Of a stretch of DNA of 64,000 bases, positions 36,245-47,400 are shown in pieces. The stretch covers positions 7,068,001-7,132,000 of the forward strand of contig CP110439.1 in the NCBI GenBank assembly GCA_026914245.1, in the 5' to 3' direction. Under the pieces are notes generated by a model. The model was not told where the DNA came from and ran no database searches. It saw nothing but the letters and a program-made list of their open reading frames with translations. A program made the translations under genes and the position numbers. The first letter of the stretch is position 1. The number at the start of each line of letters is the position of its first letter. This stretch comes from Puccinia triticina (lineage: Eukaryota).

Positions 36245-38838
36245 ATCTGCAAAAAACATCCCATTTGTTTGCTGTTGGATATTCACTGGTGGAGGAGTAT
36301 GTTGAGTGCTCGGAATGAGGAAATTGTGAATTTGCTCATTATAGACTGGTACCCTCAGTAGAAACTCTCTTTTGGGATGCTAGGTGGCTCCTGAAAAACT
36401 AATCAGTTTTTTATCATTTTCAAAATCAAATGAGAGTGAACTCTTACTGATCAATTGAATGTAAAGATTTGCTGGACCAAAAGTGGGATGATTCCAGGTT
36501 GGTGGAAAGAACCAGTCAGAGTATGATTCTTGCAAGCTGTTTGTCCTGGACAAACAGTCCATACGCAAAGATTGTTGCATTGTATCCTGCCATTGCAGAT
36601 CTGAAAATGAACAACCCATAGAAATTAGAATTAGTGAGCGTTCAAAATCAAACTCATGAGGAGCAAACAAGAATTTTCTTTTTATTTTCAGGTTATCCAT
36701 TTTAACAAGTTTCCTTTCTTGCTATATTATAAATCATTCATTGTTTTCAAATGTCCTTTATTCCTGTGAAATTTAAATATTGTATGGCCTCTACAGAGCA
36801 ATGTTTATGGTTTAACTTGACAGGTTACCCCGTGAACCTGGGGTTGCTCCATGTCCAATTTGCCCAAACTCAGTGGTTTAATCAGGTCATGTTTTTGTTA
36901 CATATTTTATTACACCAAGATAAGAAAACAACAACAACTGCAGGTTTATTATTCTGTGCCCGTTTCATCTTTTGTGGCAGATGTGATGAGTTAATCTTCT
37001 GCGGCACAGCCGCAAGTTCCCTAGTATATGTAATAAAGGTGTAAAAGGAATGTACTAAGTTTAATGTGAACAATTGCAGGTACTTGGTGTATGTAAGGTA
37101 ATGTGACATGTACTATGTGGCTGACAGACCATGGCTGTGATCAAACTGCCCACTTGCAACTTTTGAGCGGGGCAAGTGGGCAGTACCTGGGTGTGCACCA
37201 CTTCTTGGCCAAAAACAAGTACCTACATAGTACCACACCTGGCACCACCAACCAATCAACATTTTATAACATAAACAAACTACAAATCAACAATTTTAAT
37301 ATACATACACTACCAATTAACATTTTTCAACATACATAAACTACCAATCAACATTTTTTAGCATACATACACTGGCATGTCCCAATCAAAATTGGTTTTA
37401 CAATTTTATGTAAATTTACATATGAATTTGGAACACCATAAGATTGCTATGCCAAAGTTGGGCTGACTTGTCTGAGTGGGGTATGAACTTGATTTAAGTG
37501 TCTGAAACTTGCACTTACATAAAGTGGATCAAAATTACATGTGCCCTTATTTGCAAGATGACATAACCTGATGGGGAGCTGCCAGTTTATTTTCAGTACA
37601 CTTACATCTTACTGCCAAAATCTGGCTTTTGATTTTATCTGAGTTTGTTAAAGACAGCCAATCACGGAAACAAACTTCAAGGGTTTCCCCTGCATATTAC
37701 TTAAAAATAAATAAAAAATAAAAAAATAAAAAAAAACACCCACCCAATCCCCAACCTCTTCTAGAGAGGCTGCAAGGATTGGGTCAATGACCCCCAGCGC
37801 GCCGCAAAGGCAATTTCAAAGGGGGGCCATTAACTTTTACCCCTCAAACTTTGCAAACGCAGCAGCGGAGGGGCTCAAGTCAACTGCTTCGCTGGAATTG
37901 CAGCGCAGCGAGTTGACTAAAAATTTTTTAAAAAAAAAAAAACCAATCCCCAAACTCTTCTAGAGAGATTGCAAGGATTGGGTGAATGGCCCCCAGCGCG
38001 CCGAAAAGGCAATTGCAAAGGGGGGCCATCAACTTTGACCCCTCAAACTTTGCAAGCGCAGCAGCAGAGGGGTTGAGTCGACTGCCTTACTGGAATTGCA
38101 GCGCAGCGAGTCGACTGGCGATCCATGCCTGCTACACCATCCCCCCCTTTATAGTCACCCCACCCGCCATCTCAACCCCGCCCAGCCCGGCCCCATCGCA
38201 GCAGAACCAAACGCCACAACCCGCCCCGGCCAAACAACCCTCCCCATCGCTACGGCGCCACCGCAACGCCCCCGCCCCACCTTGTCGCAGGTTTCGGTAA
38301 TGCGCCAGTACCTGTTGCCGAGCCCCTGTCTGTCCTTACGCTAACATTCTTTATTCCTCCCCCCCGTCCGTAACAACCTTCCTGCAGCCCTGCCGCCTCC
38401 ATTCAATTGGTGGAATCCAAATGCCCCGCAAGACGACTAACACCCAAACCAGACCGGCCCTTTACTGCTCCTTCACGATAGCAATGACGATGCCCTGACC
38501 CTGGACAGCAGCCATCCAACCAGCGCAATCTGGTCCAGCCCAAGTCGGTCATACCCAACGTTATCGCCTTGTTATTAACCCGTCCCCATACCCGCCACGC
38601 TGGCAGGCATTTATCCTATAAATTGCCTGCTTGTTCGTCTCCCCTAAAGCCCATCCTCACTCTTCATCCGGCACATTCACAACACCGTTCACCCCCAATG
38701 CCAACTCACCACTTCTTTCACACCATCCCATCCATTGCACATCTACTTTCCCCCGGTCCCATTGCCCGTTCAAACCGTCTCATCCCCTGACGCAAGCCTC
38801 CAAACCCCGCACTTCCGAGCGACCGCAGTTTGAACACG

Positions 38839-40116
38839 ATGACTCAATCTCGCGTTCCCAACCACCCTGTCACTTATGCCAGCCATTTCGAGCCGTTGTC
38901 AGATGTAAGTTACCCCTCCCATTTGTTGTGACACACCAATTCTAACAGCTTTATCCAGTCGACCTTTGATACCGTTCGCGCGAACCAATATGGATATGTG
39001 AAAACACAGAGTTTCATATCGTGTGGCGGGGTTAATGAAGAGAAGAGTGAAAACTTCGAAGTCGAACTCGTCACCAACACCGCCTTGAGCAATGTCCTCG
39101 AGCCTGAATTTTTTTACTCGATCTGTGGCAAGATGATCGCAACTAACGATGGAAAACCTCCTGTCTTGAGCTACAGCCACGAGATGATAACTCGCATTGG
39201 CGCAACTGGCACCAACCAACCCGACTTTACTAACAAAACATTTATCACCGGTCTCGGTCTGATTACCCACCGACAAGAAGTAGCGCCAGCGGATACTGAC
39301 ACTGGTGTTACTCTCGAAGTTATAGTTGCCCACTCCGATTGGGATGCGGAGGTCGGCACACATGTCTTCTTGTATTGTAACCATTAATGATCCTAACCTT
39401 ATCATTTCTTCCCAGAACCGATGTCACAGGCAGTTCGAAGTCAAGTACATCGTACCTGGTACTAAAAATCAAATAAAGACCCATTCGCTCTACACCGTCG
39501 GTCGGGAGGTCAAGATTATTGGACGCCTTGTCGACTTCGATATGGAAAATCATATGGCGGTCGTCATTGTAAGCTGATCATTCCACCCTGACCAACGATG
39601 ACAATTGACTTTCAACCCTATCCCACAGGCAAAAAATGTTAGCATCACCAGCGGTCACCAAATGGGCAAGATCAAGCCACTCGAGTCTGGGTCGGGCATT
39701 TCAGGAACCGGCGAAATTAAGAAGAAGCTGTCAGTGGTATACCCTTGCCTAGGATAAGGACATTACTAACTTATCGTAACAGTACTAAATTTTCGCCTAA
39801 GAAGGCCCCCCAAGACACCGGCCTGGGAAGGACAGACACCGCCTCCGGTTCAAACCATACGGCGCAAAACAATAAACAATCCCGAGTTTCAACTGTGAAG
39901 CCCACGAAATTCATGCCGGTCCCCTCCTCATCGAAGGGGAAAGATAAAGTTGTCAACGATTCGGATGAGGAAGCTGATCCGATGTTTCCGGAGGATGATG
40001 GTGATGATTGTGAAGAAGAGCTCGCCCTGACCCCCGTCGTCGAGACGCCATCCAAGCGAGGGCGCCCCCGCAAATCTATCCTTCAAGACGCGGCGAAACG
40101 CATGAAGAAGTTTTGA
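38839..40116 (+). CDS. Helitron accessory protein, 5 exons (38839-38904, 38959-39351, 39416-39568, 39629-39729, 39783-40116); possibly OB-fold/RPA-like
   Basis: GT-AG introns give a continuous frame: MTQSRVPNHP...STFDTVRANQYGYVKT...AHSDWDAE/NRCHRQFEVKYIVPG...IGRLVDFD. The tail is acidic and ends in KRGRPRK...AAKRMKKF. The fold is inferred. Confidence 0.75.
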
Positions 40117-41338
40117 GGCAGCAGCGACATCAGCCTAAACCGATATTCCGGCGGCGGTATTCCACGAGATGTGCAACGTCACTGCCCCTCACCGCGTTCT
40201 TTGTCGTCATTCAACCTCAATTATATCGCAAACCCACCCCGTGCAACTGGAGAAACTACTCTCACGCGGTACGCGAACCCCTTGTTTCTTAGTTATTGGC
40301 TCCTCCTTTGGCAAGGACTCCTCCCATGTTCAAAGTCTACACCTCCTGTTCAAATAAATCCCATAGCACTGTCTTCCTCATGCTGAATTTAGCAATGTAA
40401 ATACTCGAATTATGCGCGCGCAAACTTTGAAATGAATTTGCGGTATTTCATCCCAACTCGATGAGTATCATAAATTTCGGCAAGATACGCACCGCAGGGT
40501 CCACCGAACTAACACGCTTGACCTCTTTGGAGAGCACTTTTTGTCAGTCACCCGCGCCAAGTCCCTACATTTAACGTATTACAACTTCAAGATTTAACAT
40601 CGAACTTGCGCCTGGGGACCTACCGCGCGTTAAATTGCGGCAAAACCCCGGGGGTTGCTCAGAACCTTTGTATTGGGTGTTGCCTGTCCCTATCATGAAC
40701 CTGCAGGCCGGCTCGATGACAAACACGTTGAGCTTCATGAGTCAGTGCGTCCGGACGGTAGACTACTAAACAAGGCACTCACCCATTCTCAGGAGTATCA
40801 GAGGCGAACCGGACCATAACGCGACTCCACAGGTACTATAGCAGCACGCTATACAATCACCGCACTCCCCAAAAACACAAACTGAACCGTCTTTGACTGA
40901 ACGAGCATCTCAATCTGCGCGGCGATAGTGGGCCGGGCCTATTGGGTAATCAATCAGTTCATCTGCTGCCAAGCGCGTCCGGATTTTTCTCAACTCAGGC
41001 TTGAATGTACGTGTAAACCCTTCTCAACGATCATTATCCTGGCCACTGAACGATCTCCTTGATTGGAAACCAGCCCCTCCTCCGAGTGAAGTTCCGGCCC
41101 ACAATACGATTGATTCCAACTACCCGCCGCTTGACCCGCCTTCATGATTGAAACAAAAGGCAAAGTTCGCAATAGCACACATCCGTCGTATGAAGCCTCC
41201 TTGCGACATTGTTCTTCATACAGTGTCCCTCACAATGCCGGACCTTGCAATATTGCCTGCGCGAAATGTCAAGCGCTTCACTTCAGAGACGAGGCAACGC
41301 TTGCTGAACGCTCAAAGCCTAACCCTTCATTTTCCACG

Positions 41339-44300
41339 TGTGAAGCCCCCCTCGACATTGGGGCTCCACACGAAGAGTCATGGGATAACGTAACCCCCCG
41401 CGCATCGTATACTTAGCCTGAGCTGCTGCTTCCCTAGTCCGGCAGAGAGTCTCTCCTCTCTCCCGGCTAGGTAAGCATTGTTTTCATTCTTCTCTTCTCT
41501 TTTCCTTCTCGTCGCCTGTTGGTGTATTTAGACTAATAGAGAGAGTCTCTCCTCTCTCCTGGCTAGCCTCTGCAATCAATCCCCCGACAGTTTGGACCTA
41601 GACATCCTTAGACGGCCTACCAGCCGATCTCTGTGCCTTTTCATCCATCTCATCAGTGAGGGTCCATTGGACCCTTACACTTTTTTTTTCTTGATCCAAA
41701 CAAACCGATCACTCCCCGTCTTGGTCGAAACTATCGACCTTGTCATCGCCTTCTGACCTCGTTCTTGCTCGCCTTCTGACCTCGTCCTCGCTCGTCTAAG
41801 CCCTCAGAAACATCGACCTCTGCCCTCGCCTTCTGCTCTCGATCTGCTGCCCGTATCGACCTCGTATCGGTGTGATCGTTCACACCAAACTCCACTTTTT
41901 TTTCATCCAATCAACCTCCTTCCTTTTTCCCTCATCTTCACACCACGTCACTCCCCGAGCCGAGCACGGTTCATGACCACAAGAAACACCAACACGGGCC
42001 CTCTGCTTCCGATCTCCGACCCCGAAGAAATTCTCCGTACCGCCCGTCGACGGGCTCGCCTGGACGCCCTCGCAGCATCGAACAACGCCGCGATCGCCCA
42101 AACGCTATCGTCTGACCACCCGAACTACGACCCCAACTTCCCTGCTCCCTCAACCAAGCAAAGCATGAACCCGACTTCCAGTTCGACCGGTTACCAGCCG
42201 GAAGACGCAGAGCAGGAGCTTTCCTTAAGCGACTGCCTCAAGGCAGTCCTCACCATCCAAAAGAACACGGCGGTCCAATTCCAGGCGGCACAGCAACAAG
42301 CCAAGGAACAACACCAAATTGATGCAGAACAACGGAAAGCCGATGCGGATCGTTTTGCTGAACAGCGCAAGATCAATCGAGAACGCATCAAAGCCCTTGA
42401 GAAAGCTGCGTTAGCTGGCGGAATCAAACAAGAAGTGTCCCCGGCTCCACAGTCTGATCGAGTGGACTTGACAAAGTTCCGAACATCCGACGGGCCCAAA
42501 TTTAACGGACCTCTCCAAGACGCCGAAGTCTTTCTGACGTGGATCCAAGCCGTCACCATCTTCTTTTTGACGAAGGCGGTTACTCATGCGGACGACAAGC
42601 GTCTCATCATCGGCTCCCTGATTGCTGACACTAACTTGACCGCGTTCTACCGGGTCGAAAGTCCAAAGTTCGCCGGGAAGTCATGGGAGGAGTTCCGTGA
42701 TCGACTTTTTGAATTCTGTCTCCCAGAAGACTGGCGAGCAGACCTCCGACGATCGATAGTTCGCCTCGAGATGTCCAATGCCGAATCGTTCATCCAGTAC
42801 AGCAGCCGAGCCCGCACTCTCCAGTCCCTCGTCAACTTCGAGAAAGATGTATTTGATGACCTCGACCTTGCTGAATTCGTCGTCTTAGGACTACCTCAAG
42901 CGCTTCAGAGCAAAGTGCGCGACTTCCAATTACTCGCTCAGAAGCCATTCAAGTATGGCACCTTTGAGAGCCGCGTTAATGGATTCTACGCCGACTTTGC
43001 TAAGAATCGCCAATCCTCCTACCGTTCTGTCGCCACCGGCGCCAACGCGACTCCACTCGGCTCCAATCGTCTCAAGCCCGAGTTGTACCTCTGGAAGATG
43101 CATTCTTACCTCGATTCGGTAGGGAAATGCCATTTCTGTAAAAAGCATTGCGGAAACCCTGCTGGAGCTTGTCCCGGTCCACCAGACAGATCAAGGCTCT
43201 ACATCCCACCGACTTTCCAGATCCCGCCAAAACCACCGAATTACGTGGCCCCACGGGCTTGGTCAAGTCCGACTCAGAAACAAACCGGACCTGCAGGCAG
43301 ACCCACAGGCAAACCGGCAGGAGTAGCAGGCATGGACAAAGCCCCACCGTTTGAACACTCTCAGGTGTCGTTGATCTTGGCTATCGAAGGCCAACTTGAA
43401 GCAACGACTTTAGCGTATGGCGATCAACCGCTCGATGAAATCGAAAGAGAGGCTGAACTTGCCCCAAAATCGGACGACGCTTCGTACTCACTCCCAGAAG
43501 AACCCACTGACACCTCCGACCTCATTGACGTACACGCGGTTGATGAGCGAGTGGAGTCAGTCCTCGATAGGTGGTTCCCCGTGGACGATGACGGGACCAC
43601 GGAGTATGTGCCCATTTCCAATGCTCCCCCCATTCCACATCCTGTCCGCTCCCCCGACCGAGTGCTTCATGAATTCCATGCTGGGCGACGCTTACGCGTC
43701 CTTACCCCCACAGCTCGCCCACAATTGAAGATCCACCAACCGACGTCATCAGCGTTTCCACCGCCAGTCCAGACGCCTGACCTACGCTGCCTCGCGTTAC
43801 ACTCATCAGTTCCGACTTACCTGTTGTGCCCGATTCTCCCAACCCCAGTCCAACCGTTTTCGTCCAACTCAGAGCTAGAACTTCCAACGGAGACACACAT
43901 TACTCATTCTAGTCGACCTCATTCACGCAGGCCACCAGCCCAGCCAACGAAAATTCCCCGCCACGTTTCTCGTACCCTGTCTGACCGCCCCTTCCGTCGT
44001 CACCCCTTATGCCCCCGGTTTCCTTATCATCCGACTGCTTTCACCCAAATTCATCGTCCTCGGTCTCCTTCTTTCCTTCTGTCTTCCCGTCACCATCCAC
44101 CATTTTACAATAGCCATTCCTCCCCCTCTTTTGCTCTCTATATAGGGGGGGAGACTGTGAAGCCCCCCTCGACATTGGGGCTCCACACGAAGAGTCATGG
44201 GATAACGTAACCCCCCGCGCATCGTATACTTAGCCTGAGCTGCTGCTTCCCTAGTCCGGCAGAGAGTCTCTCCTCTCTCCCGGCTAGGTAAGCATTGTTT

Positions 44301-44496
44301 TCATTCTTCTCTTCTCTTTTCCTTCTCGTCGCCTGTTGGTGTATTTAGACTAATAGAGAGAGTCTCTCCTCTCTCCCGGCTAGCCTCTGCAATCAATCCC
44401 CCGACAGTTTGGACCTAGACATCCTTAGACGGCCTACCAGCCGATCTCTGTGCCTTTTCATCCATCTCATCAGTGAGGGTCCATTGGACCCTTACA
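41339..44496 (+). mobile_element. Young non-autonomous gag-only LTR retrotransposon (3158 bp)
   Basis: 341-bp LTRs at 41339-41679 and 44156-44496 (TG...CA, one difference seen). 5-bp TSD CCACG and PPT AGGGGGGGAGAC. No pol. Confidence 0.95.
41973..44210 (+). CDS. Gag-like protein, 745 aa, reading into the 3' LTR
   Basis: Single ORF between the LTRs with a coiled coil, a capsid-like helical region (SWEEFRDRLFEFCLPEDWR...YSSRARTLQ) and a Cys/His motif CHFCKKHC. Confidence 0.8.
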   Translation: MTTRNTNTGPLLPISDPEEILRTARRRARLDALAASNNAAIAQTLSSDHPNYDPNFPAPSTKQSMNPTSSSTGYQPEDAEQELSLSDCLKAVLTIQKNTAVQFQAAQQQAKEQHQIDAEQRKADADRFAEQRKINRERIKALEKAALAGGIKQEVSPAPQSDRVDLTKFRTSDGPKFNGPLQDAEVFLTWIQAVTIFFLTKAVTHADDKRLIIGSLIADTNLTAFYRVESPKFAGKSWEEFRDRLFEFCLPEDWRADLRRSIVRLEMSNAESFIQYSSRARTLQSLVNFEKDVFDDLDLAEFVVLGLPQALQSKVRDFQLLAQKPFKYGTFESRVNGFYADFAKNRQSSYRSVATGANATPLGSNRLKPELYLWKMHSYLDSVGKCHFCKKHCGNPAGACPGPPDRSRLYIPPTFQIPPKPPNYVAPRAWSSPTQKQTGPAGRPTGKPAGVAGMDKAPPFEHSQVSLILAIEGQLEATTLAYGDQPLDEIEREAELAPKSDDASYSLPEEPTDTSDLIDVHAVDERVESVLDRWFPVDDDGTTEYVPISNAPPIPHPVRSPDRVLHEFHAGRRLRVLTPTARPQLKIHQPTSSAFPPPVQTPDLRCLALHSSVPTYLLCPILPTPVQPFSSNSELELPTETHITHSSRPHSRRPPAQPTKIPRHVSRTLSDRPFRRHPLCPRFPYHPTAFTQIHRPRSPSFLLSSRHHPPFYNSHSSPSFALYIGGETVKPPSTLGLHTKSHGIT

Positions 44497-47400
44497 CCAC
44501 GTGCTGCCAGAAAGATAAGGTGACTTTGCCTTCCGTCGACTCATCCGCCAGGCAGTATCCAACTTTCATGCAGGGGCTTTTGACAGGCCAAGATACACGT
44601 GAGTTATTTTCTTCTCCTCTTTCGTATCACACTAACTCGTGATTGGTCCCAGGTTCGAAAAATTATCAAGGTTTGCTCAGAATGTACAACAATGCGTTAT
44701 CTTTCACGTCGCTTGGCGCAAAGGTCGACCCGACCGTTCAAGGCCCATTCGGCATTAATGTGTTCAAAATATCTGGAGCCCTCACCCATCGCATATCGAG
44801 CATTGAGCCCCCTCGAGGTACCAACCCTGGATTTGCCCAGATTTACGTTGTTGGCGACAAGGGGCTCGGCGAGGCGGAGTATCGTGCAGCGAAGGCGCAA
44901 GGACGCGGTGGCGACACGGGAAGAGGCTCTAAAATGGAACCAGGGCTAATTTTAAAGCTTGTTCAGTATATGAACGCCCATAATCCTTACGCAAAAGTCT
45001 TTCGCTCAGCAAAGGACATCCTCGACCAGCGCAATGCTTTAACGTTGAAACTACAAGGTGTCCCGAAGGCCGGGAGCGACCCGAAGCGTTACAACTGTCC
45101 TACTGCGAACAAAGTCGCCATTGTTGTCCAAGGCCCGGGTAATGTGATCAGACCGCGGCAAATCCTTCTGCATCGCCGCGATAACCGACTCGAGTACATC
45201 TCCGATACACATTCCTCATACTTTCCAATGCGTTATCCCATTTTTTTTCCCTTTGGGGAGCAACAATGGGATAATCTATTTTGTGCATCCACTGAACGAG
45301 GTTAGCCCCCTTTCTTCTTCCAAATTTATGCCTTGCTGATTGTATAACTCTATTGTCCAGTGAAAAAGCGGAAAGTTGGGCCTCTGGAATGGTTCGCGTT
45401 TATGCTGTTCAAGAGGAGCTCGAGGTTTTCGGCGATTCTCGCGGGTAGATCATTGCTGCAGGAGATTTTAGTCGACATGTGCGTATGCGTGGAGCGCCAA
45501 AGATTAAAGTTCATTACTTTCAACCAAGAGAAACTCAAAGTCGGGTCATACAACCGCCTTATCAAATCGTTGGAAAACCAATCAAATGTTACCGGTCAAT
45601 GTGTAATCTTGCCCGCAACCTTCATTGGCAGTCCGAGGGCGATGGAGCAGTTGTACCACGATGCAATGGCAATAACAAGGAAGTTTGGCCCACCTTCCTT
45701 ATTCATTACGATGACGGCCAACCCAAAGTGGCCTGAAGTATTGGCCGAAATCCCAATGGGCGACAACCCGGTGGACCATCCGACGATAGTGACCAGGGTG
45801 TTCTATTTGAAAATGTGTTACCTGTTATTCGTTCTGATCAAGATGGAAAGGATGGGTCGGGTCATCGCCTACGTCTACACTGTTGAATTCCAAAAGCGAG
45901 GCCTCCCACATCTCCATCTCATGTTAACACTCGACGAGCGCGATAGACCAACTACTCCTGAAGCAATTGACGAGATGGTGTCAGCCGAGATACCCGACCC
46001 AGTCAGATCACCAATTCTCCATGCGCTGGTGTGCGAATTCATGCTGCACGGACCGTGCCTGAACCGACCGTGCTGGAATGGAAAGTCCTGTAAATTAGGC
46101 TTCCCAAAACCCTTCAGCGATCGCACGATTAACATCGATGGCACCTACCCTGTCTACCTGCGCCGGGACACAGGCCAAACCTTCACCAAGCATACGACGA
46201 CATTCAACAACGGGTCGGTTGTCCCTTACTCACCTTATCTCACGCGGGCTTTCTGTTGCCACATAAACGTTGAAGTTCCAGCAAGTACCTGTATAAATAC
46301 ATCACGAAGGGTCACGACTGGCTTGCCATGTTGTTGGAGGGGAATGACGAAGTTCAATCCTATATTGACGGACGGTATATAAGTCCTCCTGAAGGTGAGC
46401 CCTTTCCCCTGGCCTAATTGACCGCTGTACGACTGACATCGGTGTTTAGCATGCTGGAGGTTGATGAAGTTTCCACTCTCCGGCCGATCTCCCGCGGTCA
46501 CTCGGCTTAACCTACACGACGAGAATGAGCAGCTGGTTTATTTTGACGGCAAAGAGGGCCTTGAAGGCCAAATCAACAGCGGGAAAGCGACTCAAACTAG
46601 CTTGACTCAGTTTCTCGTCCTCAACAGGGACAATGCAATTGGCGCCGACGGCCGGCACGCCAGAACTCTCTTCTACGAAGAAATACCCGGATATTTTTCT
46701 TGGAGCAAAGCAAATAAAGAGTGGAAACCTCGCAAGACCCAAGTCAAGGTAGTCGGTCAAATATTTTCGGTTTCTTATCTTGCGGGCGAGAAGTACTACA
46801 TGCGCCTGCTGTTACTCCACCGTAAGGGAATGATCTCGCATGAAGACATGAGGACAGTCGACGGGACGGTTTATGACAATTATTGCGGAGCATGCAACCG
46901 CCTAGGTCTTCTTGTGAACGACTTCCTATACGACGAGGCCTTGCAAGAAGCTTCCTGTGTTCAGTCAGGGTATCAACTCACGATGTACTTTGCGATGATG
47001 TGTGTCCTATCTCCCCCTGCCGCACCAAGAGTACTGTTTCAAAAGCACTATTTGAACTTCACCGATGATTGTGTAAGAATCGACATGTCGAAGCGCTATT
47101 CTCGTCAATTAGACAACAACAAACGTCGAGTCCTTGCCCTATTCCGACTTCAAGAGCTCTTAGAGGGCATGGGTTCATCACTGTTGGGCGCCGGCTTAAG
47201 GGCTTCGAGAAAAGACAGACGCATGCTTGCAACCCTCACAGCAGAGAAAGCCGGCACGGAGGACCCGCACGTCATCAAAGACAGGCTCACCAAGAGCATC
47301 CATCAATTCAACCGCTGCCAATCGCTATTCTACGACGCGGTCGATGAAGTTCTGTCTAACCATCAAGCCAGATGCTTTTATCTCGATGGACCTGGCGGCA

